Source of the DNA: Chiloscyllium plagiosum
Taxonomy: Eukaryota
DNA: 64,000 nt
Assembly (NCBI RefSeq): GCF_004010195.1
Contig: NC_057719.1
Span: 45,440,658-45,504,657 of the forward strand
Direction: 5' to 3'
Part shown: positions 37,167 through 50,560 of the stretch, piece after piece
Layout of the letters: the number at the start of each line of letters is the position of its first letter
How positions within the stretch are numbered: position 1 is the stretch's first letter
The notes under the pieces: model-generated
What the model saw: only the letters and a program-made list of their open reading frames with translations
Told to the model about the DNA's origin: nothing
Database searches by the model: none
Program-made: the position numbers and the translations under genes

Positions 37167-37599
37167 TCTATAGACAGTGTAATGGAGCTTTCAGCAGGCG
37201 GTGAAGGTGAGGGAAGACACCAAGCATGTGAATTAGGTAGACCTTCTCTGAGGGAAAATATGGTGACGGACAACGGATTCTTCAACCAAGATATAATGAC
37301 ACACTCAATTCCATGTAAATATTTTATTTTCCTCATTTTAACCCCATTGTTTATAAAGACCTGATGTCAGTTGAATAAAGAATCCTCATTTCATGATCTT
37401 TAGCCATCCAAGCCTTTTCCATCTCTGGTACAGTTGACAGGATTCCAGAGCCTACTAAGGAAGTTATGGTGGTCGAGATTGAAAAACCCCAGGCCAGGAT
37501 GGAACTCATCTGGAGATGAAACTCGCAATATCCATGAGGGAGGCCAAAACTGCTTCGGTGTCATTGGCAGCACATGCATTTGTGAAGCAAATCAGGCCT

Positions 37600-38735
37600 C
37601 TCAGTCAAAGCTGGGCCAGAGATTCCCCATCTGTGTTCCTGTGCTGTTACGGAGGAAGGAAAGCAGAGTTTCTGGTCAGTTCTTTTACTTGCCAATATAG
37701 AAAGCTGGATAGATTCTAGGGAAGACGGAAAATAGCTGGTGATCAGAGTCTGAAGCTCGGATTGTGGATGCACAGCGGGTTATAGTATGTAGGAATCTCA
37801 ACGTAAGCATGCAGGTGAACATCTGTGCAGAGAATCTCATGAGGAAATACAGGGAAAATGTACACATATTCAAAGAGGGTCTGCAGTGGATCTAGGTACT
37901 GACAAAGATTTTGGGGTCAGCAGTGGTTTGTCATAGCTACAGCTGAAATTTTATGAGGACAGGCAAGCCAATAGAGAGAGTCTGGTCTCTGGTTCTGGGA
38001 GTTGGAGAAGTTGTTTGACAACACCACCTTCCTGCATCCACCCTTCAAATTGACCAGGTACACACAGCTGAAGCAGTGAGGGATGGGAATGTTCAGAATG
38101 AATTGAGGAGATTTAATAATGGCAAACCTCAATTGTCTTTCTTTGGTCACATTATCCATATCATGGGGAAAGATTAGTTTCCTCATATTCAGACTAAGAT
38201 TCAGAGATGTGTCACCAATGCATCAATGAGTGAAATCCAAATCAGGTCCAGAGAGGTAGAATCAGGTATGATTTCACCTTTACCAATTATCTCAAAAGAG
38301 GACCTTAAAATGCTTGCATTCAATACAGTTTAATTTGATGCAGACATCAATAGATTGCATCACTACTAATAGGCCCACCAACCAGCATGGAAATTGTTGA
38401 GGTGCTGGAAGATGATCAGGAAGAGGATGGAGTCCTCTGTCAGCTGGTTCATGACAATGAGAGAGAGCAGAAGCAACACATCCTTCCCAACAGTCTCAAG
38501 TGTTAACTGTTGGTAATGGTTTATGATCTGCATGGACAACAAGTCATGAAAGAGATGATTGCTGACCAAACAGCAGTATTGCTGGCCCAGGATGGCTTCT
38601 GATACTGATGACTAAGTTGAAATTATGAGAGGTGTGCTTTGGCCAAAGCAGAGGAGCAACCTCATCCGAGAATTCAATCCCCGGTTGCCAAGAGACTCCT
38701 AGCAGCTATCACAATGGATATTTCAGTCCTTGACC
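37600..38735 (+). mobile_element. Highly degraded Gypsy-type pol relic (RT start and integrase zinc-binding region)
   Basis: PVLLRRKES..CQYRKLD resembles P.VLVRKKDG..CVDYRKLN; DLHGQQ..KQQYCWPRMASD..ERCALAK and RLLAAITMDISVL resemble the integrase H2C2 region and core start. Confidence 0.55.
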
Positions 38736-41700
38736 CCAGATCTGTGATGCAAGAAGAGAACACTCCCACTAAATAGTTATTTCTGCAATTAGCACCTTTA
38801 GGAGGTACTGTAAGTTGTGTTTAACGTCACTCCGAATTACATGTGCTAACAGATTTCTTGGGGCTTGTGAAACTGACCATAGCAAATGAGATGAGATTAA
38901 GCAGCAATTCATTAGGTAGTTAAACTTGTTGTTGTCTCAACTTGGTCAAAGATTATTTAGGGCATTTGAGTTGCAGTTTCCTTTGGTAAATGTTTGGCAA
39001 AAAAAAACATTTTTGGAAGTAGCTTCTTGCTACTTTCAAAGCTTTCCAACTGACAAGGTCTGACTTAGAGTTGCTTTCGATGTAATTGATAGCACAGCAA
39101 AGGAGATTAACATTATCATCTATGGGAATGTTGATGTTCTCTGTGAGATCCATCATGCACAAGGTAAAGGTTGACAGAAGGATGACTGAAGTTGGTGGCA
39201 CTACCAAATCATGGGATCTACAGGCAAAAGCTCTATTTCCTTAACCTCTCAGAATAGCAATGCCAGCAGTGCATGCAGTCTCCTAGAGTAAGGCCAGCTC
39301 ATTGCTGGGCCTACTGGTAATGTTTTAAAAGCAGTTACGAAAGTAACAACTGCTTTTAATTTTTTTTTGGCTTCAGTCCCTTCCAAAATGCTACTGGGTT
39401 CAGATTAAGATTCTCAGAGTCAGCCGGACATAAACGCTTAAGGCAAGTCACCAAAGATTATTTGTCAGTATAACAAATATACAACTTTCCCATGAGAGAA
39501 CAGTAGACAATTTGCTTGACTATTTGTCACAGGCAGCCAGTCTCCAGTTCTCTACCTCTTCCTTCTGTTTTTAATCTTCTTCTCCGTTAATGGCTGAGAA
39601 TACAGACATATAAATGAAAATCAAGAACACACCAGATGGACATGCATTTGGGCACGATGACAATAAGACTGATAACTTACATTGCAGAAGGATTAGGGCT
39701 GAATGGCAATGGTGAATGGATGAATATGGGGTTAATGAAGTGTATCAATGAAAACGGGAGATGCTGAAGGTTGTGTTGGTGTGAGGAGTAATGGGACAGA
39801 GAGTGTGGGAATGGGGACTTAATGCACAGAATGTAGTTGGATCAACAGGGGGACTCATTTTTATAATTTGACTAGGCTACTGACTCACTTCCAATGTTGC
39901 ATCAAAAGCCAGTAATTCCACTGACTTGGGATGCTGCCCTTATTCAATGTCCACAATCTATCCTAAATGTCTCCAATTTCTATTTGTACACTGTCCCTTT
40001 ACATCTGTGGTTGTACCAGGTAAATATGCATCACACCAACTGCATAGTTAGGAACAATAGACCCCAGAAATCAAAATTAAAATTTATATTCTTGATACAT
40101 TCCAAAAGTTTCAACCTCATTAGTATCATGAAGTGGCACCGAAGCACTCTGAAATAAGAGATGACTGTTTGAGTGTGTGAGTGCTTTCTAAGATGTTTTC
40201 TACCCATCAGTATCATATTTGTAGAACCTTAATCACTGAGAAACCAGAAAAGATAGTAAAAATCAAATTTATTGGACTGTCCATTTCCTTCACATTCCTC
40301 TCCTGGAACATCTTAACCAAATAACTGACCATTAGCCTTTTAATATTTCCATTAAATGTCTTTAAACAACTCAGAATGCGATGAGTAATCTTTAAATCTA
40401 CTTCAACATTTCATCAAAAATGCTTTCAGTTCTGTTACTCACAAAGCTAATTTTGATTTGAAAGATATATTTTTAAGTCAAAAGCTGAGAAATGTCTTGA
40501 TGTTACATTACATCCTCAGCATTACTTTGCTGGAACATTAATTGAAATCCAGTTTCTGCCATATTTCTGGCCATGTGATGCCAATGAGATGTAGCATCCT
40601 TGAGGAACTCCCTATCCATAATATTTCCTTGGGATTTATTTTCCTTTCACTATGTTGTCAGTTTTTTTTTAGTGGTTCATAAGCTTGATGAAAAGGCCAC
40701 AATGCGATTTCTACAAATAATAAGTATTACAAACCTCAATCATGGTAGTAAGTTATAATTTATAAGTTCAGCAAATTGAAATAATAAAAAAAGACTTTTG
40801 AGCATGTTTATTCTATTCAGTTCCATGAGGGTATCAAACAGATATAGCTATCCTATTTGGTTCCCATGGGATACCAGTCCTTACATACTTGTGGCTGTAA
40901 CGTTTGCAGCACTTTACAACATACACCATTTCCCACTGTCACCAAGATGGAGTTTCCCTCACCACTTCACTGTTACCCTGCCCTGACGTTCAGGAGTCGC
41001 CAGAATAAGGAACTATATCAGGGTTTCTGGGCAGGGCCTGGTGTGAGTAGATTTGATTCAAGAAGAGAAAAAGCTGGCTGGAGATGGGGTCAGAGAGGGG
41101 TGTCAAGAAATTGGGACTCAGGGAGGTTGACAATGGGAGATTTGGGAGGTCAGATAAAGGGTAAAGGCTCGGGGAATGAGTGTTATTGAAGAGCACTTTA
41201 GAGACTGAGGGAATAGATTTAAAGTTGGAACTCAGGGGAGAAGTGAAAAGCTGTGGATTGAAGGATTGGAGAGTGGGAAATGGTTGGAGTGGCGTCATTC
41301 AGGCACAGCAATGGTGTGTGAAAGAGGTGACTCGAGGAGAACATTCAGTCAATGTTTGACTGAAACCTGGGGACTTTATTCCAGCTGCATAATGAGAGAT
41401 TGTTTCCACTGATGAAAAATTCACTGGTTAGGTGAATTAGAGGACAATTTATAGGGACTGAGATCATCACGACACATAGGGAGCTTCAGATCCTGATTTT
41501 ACATCTCTAAATATAAAACATGCAGAAGTGAGATTCAGGAGAACTGAATACAGGTTTGCAGCAGCTATTGTAGGGCTCTGATACACAAAAGGTAAAGAAA
41601 ATAAATGGTCTATCATTTCTTAGATTATTGTGCTCAAAATAAGATGTTGGAGCTGCACACCTCATGCTGCATCAAGTTTTTCATCCATTTTGCAGAAGAA

Positions 41701-41887
41701 TCTAGAAGCAAGTGCAGAATTGTTAATTTCTAGATTTAATTTGATCCAATCTAATTTTGAGCAGTCACAGTTAAACGTAAAAGTCATAATAGGATTTTGA
41801 ACCGTAGGAATTTAATCATGGTCATTCAGATTAAGAAACTTATATATGTTACATCAGTTTTAAATCCACAAAATGAGAAAACTGTTC

Positions 41888-42325
41888 CATTCAAGATTGG
41901 AGACGGTTACAGAGAGTGGTGAACTCGGCCCTGACAATCACAAAGGCCAACCTCCCATCTATAGAATCCATCTACCAGGCCCGCTGTCAAGGAAAGCCTG
42001 CCAGCATTCTTAAAAATCCAAACCACCCTGGCAATGTTTTTCTACAACCTTTACTATCGGAGAGAAGGTACAGAAGCCTGAACACACACACCAGCCGGTT
42101 TCGTAACAGTTTCTGCCCTACTGTTGTTAGAATACTGAATGGACTCTCAAACTCTTAACATTTGCCTGTAACTGTGTTTTTGTTTTTGCTGCTGTTTACC
42201 TATTATTTATAATCTATGCTACTTTACTATGTGATCTGCCTGTGCTGCTCGCAAGACATAGCTTTTCACTGTGCCTTGGTACATGTGACAATAAATTCAA
42301 TTCAATTTGATTCAATTCAATTCAA
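41888..42325 (+). mobile_element. Rex1/Babar-type LINE 3' end with (ATTCA)n tail
   Basis: LQRVVNSA.TITKANLPSIESIYQARC..ILKNPNHPG..RRYRSL.T.TSRFRNSF.P.VVRILN; ends AATAAATTCAATTCAA. Confidence 0.85.
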
Positions 42326-42520
42326 AATTAAATGTGGAATTTTAACAAGGAGCAGCATTTGGATTTAGTTGCCAGTAAGGAGGTAGAGTGACTGAAAATA
42401 GGAGCGGCTTGGGAAATTGCCCCAACATTTCAACATCTGTTAACTTGGTCACATCAGACTGAAGGAAAAGTGGGGTGATGATTTAATTATTGTAATCACT
42501 CATGTGGAGTGTATGAAGAT

Positions 42521-42845
42521 GGGTGGCATGGTGGCTCAGTGGTTAGCAATGTTAACCGAACAGTGCCAGGGGCCTGGGTACAATGTGGAGTCAGTACATT
42601 CTCCCTGTGTATGTGTGGGTTTCCTCTGGGTGTTCTGGTTTCCTCCCAGAGATCAATGATATGAAGGTTAGGTGGACTGGCCATGCTAAATTGCGCATAA
42701 TATCCTGGGATGTGCAGGCTAGGTGGGTTGGCCATGGGAAATGCAAGGTTATAGGTTTAAGGGGGGGTGGGTCTGGGTGGGGTGCTCTTCACAGGGTCAG
42801 TGGAGACTTGATGGCCGAATGGCCTGCTTCCACACTGTAAAAATT
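42521..42845 (+). mobile_element. HE1-type SINE
   Basis: GGGTGGCATGGTGGCTCAGTGGTTAGCA start; CR1-like tail GGCCTGCTTCCACACTGT. Confidence 0.82.
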
Positions 42846-43381
42846 CCACGTCGCCCCACTATCAAACTGACCTGTGTAACCATGGGTTTTCTAAGCTTTC
42901 TGAAGCTCATTGTTTAAGCCAAGCTGAGATCACAACAGGAATTCATAAAAGTCATACAGATATTGCAATGAATGTTCAATGATCACAATTGCTTTCTTAC
43001 ATACTAGCGGAAAAACGTTTTCTCAGAAGCTTCAGCTGAGGGTTTACTTTCTACACTTTAGATAATCAGATTAGTATATATAGCACTTACTGCCTTAGAT
43101 TGGATTTCCAATAAGGAACAGTATGATTAGCAGTAGTAGTTTACCATTGACTGCCATGTAATCAAATAGTAACATCTGCTTTTAACAAGAAACAGGATGC
43201 TGCAGGAGTCATAATAAATAATAACCTGGTTAAAAGTTGATAAGACTGAAATATTAGTAAAGGTGGTAAAGTCAATAAGCCACCAGGACTGAATGGGATG
43301 GCTCTGAGGATGTTAAGAGGATATCGAGGAGGTACAGACCTTAATCAGCAAATCTTCTTTAGCTATTAAAGATATTCTGTC

Positions 43382-44215
43382 CAAGATGGCAGCAAAATAG
43401 GAGCTTGTCTATTCTGACTGCTTTTATTTTTCTTTCTCTTCTATCTTTTCTTTCTTTACTACTTATCGTCCTGAGCTTGAACACATTGGCAGTGACGAGA
43501 GCCCAGCGGCAGACTTCAAGAAGACACAACATGTGGACTTCTAGCAGACCACACAGTGCATGGACCTTGGGTGGTCTCAAACTGAGCCCAGGGCACAGAC
43601 CTCAGGTGGGCCTAACACTGACCTCGGGTGGGCCTAACACAGACCTCAGGTGGGCCTAACACAGACCTCAAGTGGGCCCAGCATGGAGGAGAGTTAGTCT
43701 CTGCTTATTTTTCCAGAGCAAGCACAGGGCCTCGAATCAGTGGCTGCTACATCATCAGAGGCGATGTCAGTGAGGTAGGCTCAGTGGCAAAAGGTGGTGT
43801 CTGAGGATTGGCAACTTCAATGTTGGTTATGTTCAGTGCTGGCAGTGGCAAAGCGGTGGCAGACGGACATCACAGCAACATCAATGAGCTGGGCTCAGTG
43901 GTGAGAGGCACAATCCTGATGAAGGTTGGTCCGGTGTGGGCAGTGGCAAAGCAGTGACAGAGGAATATTAGCCCAGCAGCAAAGATGGCACCTGAAGATT
44001 GGTGATTTCGACATTGGTTGGGTCTAGTGTAAACAGTGACAAAGGGGATGGCAGTGCAGGTATCATAAGTTGGTTCAGGACTGATAGACTCTCTTCAACC
44101 TATAACTTTCTTTTTTGTCCTTATTCTTAAATTATTCAAATTGGCGACATATTGTGTCAATAAAAGGAAGCTTTTCACAGTATTTTATTATATTCTTATT
44201 GTAAAGTACACATAA
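43382..44215 (+). mobile_element. Non-coding retroposon-like element starting CAAGATGGC, with an internal minisatellite
   Basis: 5' CAAGATGGCAGC, CT-rich tract, 3' CAAATTGGCG...CTTTTCACAGT; same layout as 13868-14397. Confidence 0.45.
43594..43681 (+). repeat. 22 bp minisatellite x4 (CACAGACCTCAGGTGGGCCTAA)
   Basis: Four adjacent units with up to 3 mismatches each. Confidence 0.9.
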
Positions 44216-44334
44216 AATCGAAGTTTTAGAATAGTGCGAAAGAAGTGGAACTTTGTAACTATTACAGAGTTACTCAAAAAAGGGTGTAAGGATAAAGCTA
44301 GCAACTACAGACCAATCAGCTTCACTCCAATAGT

Positions 44335-44570
44335 AAAAACAGACATTGCTGGAAAAGCTCAGCAGGTCTGGCAGTATCTGCGGAGGGAAATCAGAGTGAA
44401 TGCTTCCAGTCAGAGTGACCCATCCTCAGAACTGTTCTGAGCTAAGAAATCTCGACCCAAAATGTTAACTATGATTTCTTCCCACAAATGCTGCCAAACC
44501 TGCTGATCTATTCCAGCAAAGTCTGTTTTTGTTTCTGACTCACAGCATCGGCAGTTCTTTCGGGTTTTTT
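44335..44570 (+). mobile_element. Penelope pLTR fold-back insertion (family B-related)
   Basis: AAAAACAGACATTGCTGGAA...TTCCAGCAAAGTCTGTTTTT inverted arms centred on TCAGAACTGTTCTGA. Confidence 0.75.
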
Positions 44571-45621
44571 TTAGTTTCATGCCAGTGATAGGAAAGATAT
44601 TAAAAGCAAGAATCCTGAATAAAATTATGAGTTACTTTGACAAGCACAGATTAAACAAAGCAAGCCACAAATGACTTGTTAAGGACAAATATTTTTCAAG
44701 CAATTTCCTATGTGGGACATGGCCTTTACTAGCAAAACTGGCATTTATTGTCCATCCCTGATTGCCCTGAAACGGAGTGCCTTGCTGTGCCATTTTAGAG
44801 GTTAGACAGAGTAAGACACAATAGCAGTTTCCAGAAACTTTAAACATTTCCAGTTAACAAATTGTTAAATATTCTAAAAGGATCATATTCTATAATAAAT
44901 AAGAAAAAATATTTCCAGAAATCTGCTCAAACTGTTTGCATTGATTGGCTTTGGGATTCAAACAAATTATACAGTTTCATATGCTTGTGAGCAGCCCACT
45001 GGCCAATGATTTCGCGAAGGCTTGGTATTCATCACTGAAAACTGTATATTGATCTGACAAGTTATAATTCTTTGATATTCCTTCTAACTTAACCCTTAAC
45101 TGTGTCTGTCTGTGTGTGAGAGGGACTATGATTAAAAATGATTAAGCTTTAGATCATAGATATAAATTAGATTATCTTGTAACTTTATCTGTGTTCTATT
45201 AATATTACATTACAAGACCATAAGACCATAAGAAATAGGCACAGCAATAAGTCACTCAGCCCCTTGAGCCTGCACTGCCATTCAACAAGATCATCGCTGA
45301 GCTCACATTCATCAAGTTCACTTCCCTGTAACCCTTGATTCCTTAAATGGTCAAAGATCTATCTATCTCAGCCTTTAGTATACACAAGATCTCTGCTCCC
45401 ATACTCTAGGTGTCAAAGACTTCCAGAGTTTCACAATCCTCTGAGTGAAGAAATTCCTCTTCATCTTTGAATAACTCTTCAGAAACTGGCATCCCATCAC
45501 CAATCACCCTTTATTTACCAATGGCATAGCCTTTCACAATAGCACTGCCTCTTGATGAGTCTGGCATTCACACTCAAAATCCTGGGCATTCATCCTTTTA
45601 TGTCAGACATACTTTTATGTG

Positions 45622-45935
45622 AGAGGTAATGGTGATAGGTCGGAGAGGAGGGCGGAGCAGATAGGTGGGAAGAAAGATTGTCAGGTGGAACAGGTCCTGA
45701 GGATGGTGCTGTGCTGGAATGTTGGAGCTGGGGTAAGATGGGGGAGGGCAAATGAGGAAACTGGTGAAGTCCACATTGATGCCATGGGGTTGAAGGGTTC
45801 CAAGGTGGAAGATGAGGCACCTCATCTTCCACCTTGGATTTTCCTGCTCCTTGGATGCTGCCTGACCTGCTGTCTTTTCCAGCACTACTCTAATCTTGAC
45901 TCTAATCTCCAGCATCTGCAGTACCCACTTTCGCC
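45622..45935. mobile_element. Penelope (family A) rearranged piece: inverted ORF end plus pLTR tail
   Basis: Minus strand CLIFHLGTLQPHGINVDFTSF (Neptune-type C-terminus); local palindrome CCAAGGTGGAAGATGAG-GCAC-CTCATCTTCCACCTTGG; then + strand pLTR end. Confidence 0.78.
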
Positions 45936-46445
45936 TATCTCTTTATCTGAAACTATGCCCTGTGCCCCCTCAGCGCTTAGCCTGCCAAGCCCCTTAACAA
46001 TCCTATATGTTTCAATGAGATCACCTCTCATTCTTTTAAACTCCAGTGAGTATAGTCCCAATCTGTTTAACCTTTGTTAATAAGATAATCACTCTACACC
46101 AGGAACATCCTAGTGAACCTTCTCTATGTCCAATGAAATTACACATTTCTTTAAAAAGGGATCTAAACCTGTTCACAGATGTGGTCTCACCAGTATCTTG
46201 ATAGTTGCAGCAAGATTTCCCAACACTTATATTGCAATCCCTTTGAAACAAGGGTCAAGATTCCATTGCCTTCCTGATTACTTGCTGTACCTATGTTCTA
46301 ACTTCCTGTGTTTTGTGTACAAGTACCCCAAATCCCTTTGTGTAGCAGCTTACTGCAGTTTTTCTGTATTTAACTAATATTCTGCTCTTTTGTTCTCCCT
46401 TCCAAATGAACAACTTCACATTTTCCCACATTATCCTCTGCCAAT

Positions 46446-46539
46446 ATTCTTGATGAACGGCTTACACCCGAAGCATCGATTCTCCTGCTCCTCAGATGCT
46501 GCCTGACCTGCTGTGCTTTTCCAGACCCATCCTTTTTGA
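46446..46539 (+). mobile_element. Penelope pLTR fragment (family A) with degenerate hammerhead
   Basis: TSD CTCTGCCAAT at 46436-46445 and 46540-46549. Confidence 0.8.
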
Positions 46540-46562
46540 CTCTGCCAATGTTTTGCCTATTT

Positions 46563-47215
46563 ATTGAATTGAATTGAATTTATTGTCACATGTATCGAGG
46601 CACAGTGAAAAGCTTTATCTTGCAAGCAATACAAGCAGATCACAGCAGATCACAGAGTTAAATAGTATAGATAGGTAAATATTAGGTAAGCAGCAGCAAA
46701 AACAAACACAGGTATAGGCGAATGTTAAGAGTTTGTGAGTCCATTCAGTATTCTAACAACAGTAGAGTAGAAATTGTTGCAAAACTGGCTGGTACATTTG
46801 TTCAGGCTTCTGTACATTCTTCCCGATGGTAGAAAAACATTGCCAGGGTGGGATAATCTTAGACAATGCCGGTGGCCTTTCCTTGACAGCGGGCCTGGTA
46901 GATGGATTCTATAGATGGGAGGTTGGCCTTTGTGATTGTCTGAGCCGAGTTCACTACTCTCTGTAATGGTCTCTGATCTTGAATGTTACATTGCCATACC
47001 AGATAGTGATACACCAGGACAGAATGCTCTCGATGGTGCACCTATAAAAGTTGGCAAGGATATTCGCCATCATGCCAAATTTCCTCAGCTGCCTGAGGAA
47101 GAAGAGAATTTGTTGGAGCTTTGTAACCAGTGCGTCCACATGAAGTGTCCAAGAAAGCCTGTTGTGGATGACTGCTCCCAGGAGCTTGGCACTCTCCACT
47201 CGTTGCACCTCTGGC
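46563..47215 (-). mobile_element. Rex1/Babar-type LINE 3' part
   Basis: Minus ORFs RVESAKLLG..LSWTLH..LFFLRQLRKF..FYRCTIESIL and LQRVVNSAQTIT; (TGAAT)n tail. Confidence 0.88.
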
Positions 47216-48479
47216 TACATTTTATTCACTTCCTTCTTCTAAGTCATTAATATATTGTAAACAGTTGCATTCCCAGCACTGATCCCTGGTGAACCTCACT
47301 GGTCATGGGTCTCCAACCTGAAAATGAACCTCTTATCCCCACACACTATTTCCTGTCCATGAGGCAATTCTCTATCCACGCAAATATTCTACCTCCAATA
47401 CCATGGGCTCTTATCTTGTAACTTTACCTTTTGTGAGATACCTTGCCTTCTGGAAATTTAAACACAAGACATCCTCTGGTTCCCTTCTATCCATTCAGGG
47501 TTGTAACTTCATTGAAAAACTCTAATAAATTAATCACAAACATGATTTGCCTTTCATGAAGCCAAGCTGACTTTGCTTTATTAGATTATGATTTTACAAA
47601 TCTTCTGCTGTTATTTCCTTAATAATTTATTCCAACACTTTTCCAACAAAGATGATTGGCTAATTGACCTATAGATACCCATTTTTGTCTCCCTCCGTAT
47701 TATTAGAACATTCGAAGTATCTTCCACCACAACATCTGATTCACTCCTTTACAGTGGGATATTGATTAAGCTCATTAATAAGCCAATGCCACCAATTATC
47801 ACTGAGCCTAGCAAAATGTAACGGTGGCTCAGGAGTCAAATGGGCATCACATGGTTTTCTTGTGCCACCTTGAGGCCTGCTGGTCAAATCAGTGTCTCCA
47901 AATCATGCTCAAGCTGTGCAGCTGAACAAAAAAACAATGATGCTTCATCACCGAGGAAGTAAGCTGACCTCACTGAAGTTCTAAGGCTGCACCCCCAGCA
48001 TCACTTGCAGATGGACAGACGTCAATCATGATCACACATTGGGTTATTAATATATATGAAGAAAAAAGGTATTGTACTACAGCCTGTGGAAATTGTTAAT
48101 TTTTTTTCCTCAGGTGTAGGCATCTTTGTAGCAAATCGCAAATAGCCCTTGCATTGAGTGGCTTGCTTCGCCACTTCAGAGTGTAGTTAGAAGTCAGTTA
48201 TTTTGTTGTGGCTATGGTGTCACATGTAGACCAGACCGCGTGAAGATTGCAGATTTCCTTCTCTAAATGACATTAGTGTACGAGAGGGATACTTACAGCA
48301 ATCAATGATAATTTAATATCATAATTACTGAGAGTAGCACTTTATTCCAATTTATTAACTGAATTTAAATTCCATCACCTTTTTCTGGCAAACCCTGTTA
48401 CACGCAACCTTCAAAAATCCTTTTGGACAAAATTAATCACATTACCCTTTTTAATGCTCTCTGCATTCTCCTAGACTGC

Positions 48480-50560
48480 AGGTTTTGTTTTAAATCATGG
48501 GGTATGGGTGACACTGGCTGGACTAGCATTTATTGTCCTTTCCAGTTCTGTTTAGGAATGGTTGGGAGCTTCCTTCTTGAACCACTCCAGTCTATTGGAT
48601 GTAGGTAGACTCACTATGTCGTTAAGGTTGGAGTTCCAGGAATTTGGTTCAATCACATTGAGGAAACAATAATATACAGTATTTCCAAGTCAGTTCATCT
48701 ACACTGCTTCTACTAAGTGTCAGTGGAGGGAGTGAAGGTTTTGGATGTGGTGCCAAGCAAGCAGACCACTTTATCCTGGATGATATCAAGCTCCTTGAGC
48801 ATTGTCGGAGCTGCACCCATCCAGGCAAGTGGGGAGCAGTCTATCATATTTCTGCCTTGGTGTTCTGTACATAAGAGGCATGCTTGTGAGAATCAGGAAA
48901 TTAGTTACTTGCTGCAAAACTTCCCAGCCTCTGACCTGCTTTTGGAACCACAGTATTCATATGACTAATCCAGTTCAATTTCTGGTCAGTGGTAATCACA
49001 AGCATGATTCAAAAATGATGACACCATTGACTGTCAAAGGGTGATTGTCAGATTCTCTCTTACTGAGGATCATAATTGACCTACTTGTGTGGTGCAAATA
49101 TTATTTGCTACTTGTCAACTCCAGCCTGAATATTGTTTAGGTTTTGCTGCATTTGGACATAGATTGCTTCAGTCTCTGATGAGTTGTGAAAAGTTTCTTA
49201 ATATTGCATAATCATCAATGAACATCCCCGCTTCTATCCTTTTGTTGGAGGCAAGTCATTGATGAAGCAGCTAAAGATGGTTTGACCAAGGGTACTATCC
49301 TGAGGAATTCCTGCAGAAGCATCCTGGAACTGAGAAGACTGATCTCCAGCAATTGTAATCATCTACCATCTTCTTTTGAGCATGGTGTGACCAGCAGAGC
49401 ATTTTCTCCCAATTCCTATTGACTCCAGTTTTGCTAGGACTTCTGGATACTAAACTCAGTCAAATTGGCCGTGATATCAAGGACAGTCACTCTCAGCACC
49501 CCTCTGGAATTCAGCTCTTTTGTCTGTGCTTCTTAAATAAGTTTGTAGTGGGGTGAGGAGCTGAGTGGTCTTAGGCATCAAACTTGGTGCCAGTGAGCAA
49601 ATTATTGCTAACCAAATGCTCCTTGATAAAACTGTCATAGAGCCATAGAGTCATACAGCATGGAAATACACCCTTTAGTCCAACCAGTCCATGCTGACCA
49701 TAATCCCAAAGCAAGCTAGTCCCATTTGCCTGCGTTGAGCCCATATCCCTCCAAACCTTTCCTATTCATGCACATGACGCGTTCTATCGTTTTACTGATA
49801 ATCAAGAGTAGATAGATGGGGCAGTAATTGGTGAATTTGTCCTGCTTTGTGTGTTAAAGGAATCTGGGTAATTTTGCACATCATCAAATGGATACCAGTA
49901 CTGGAGGAGCAAATTATTGCAGATGCTGGAATCTGTACTGAAAACACAAAATGCTGATGAAGAATCATCTACTCGAAACGTTAGCTTGCTCTTTCACCAT
50001 GGATGCTGCCTGGCCCACTGTGATCTCCAGCATATTTTGTTTTCAGTATAGATGCCAGTACTGGAACAGCTTGGCTGGGTAAACATAAAGCTCCTGGACT
50101 ACAAGTCGTCAGTATTGCCAAAATGTTGTCAGGGTCCATACCCTTTGCAATGTCTGATAGCTTCAACTGTTTCTTGATATCATGTGGAGTGAATTGTTTG
50201 AGCTAAAGACAGGCATCTATGATGATGGAGACCTCTGCAGGAGGCTGAGCTGGATCGTCCACTCAGCACTTATGGCTAAATATTGTTGCAAATACTTCAG
50301 CCTTATCGCTGATATGCTGGTCTCCCTCATGACGGAGGCTGGGGATATTTGTAGTCTCTTCCTCCAGTGAGTTGTTTAATTTTTCACCAACATAAATGGC
50401 TGATGGTGAGAGGGCTGCAGAGCTAAGATCTAGTTTGTTGATTATGAGATCACTTAACTCTGTCATTTGCTGCTTATGCTGTTTAGCATGCAGGTATTCC
50501 TGCTTTGTAGCATCACCAGGTTAATACCTTATTATTAGGTATGTTTGGTTCTGCAAGCAT
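48480..50560 (-). mobile_element. Old LINE fragments (CR1/L2-clade), interrupted by a CR1 3' end (~49640-49772) and a PLE insertion
   Basis: Minus strand SDKAEVFATIFSHKC and KGMDPDNI; 3' end shared with the element at 62475-62960. Confidence 0.6.
49906..50050. mobile_element. Penelope pLTR fold-back insertion (family B) with + strand hammerhead at ~49952-49985
   Basis: 15 bp TSD GAT(A/G)CCAGTACTGGA at 49891-49905 and 50051-50065; CTGATGA-A-GAAT-CATCT-ACTC-GAAACGTT. Confidence 0.85.

Larger units (their letters stand above)
45215..47700 (-). mobile_element. Old CR1 LINE hosting nested PLE pLTRs and a Rex copy
   Basis: AGACCATAAGACCATAAG tail at ~45215 and RT remnants to ~47690. Confidence 0.75.

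Noticed and set aside
43594..43681. CRISPR-like appearance of 22 bp repeats
   Set aside because: Units are directly adjacent with no unique spacers, the context is eukaryotic, and there are no cas genes.
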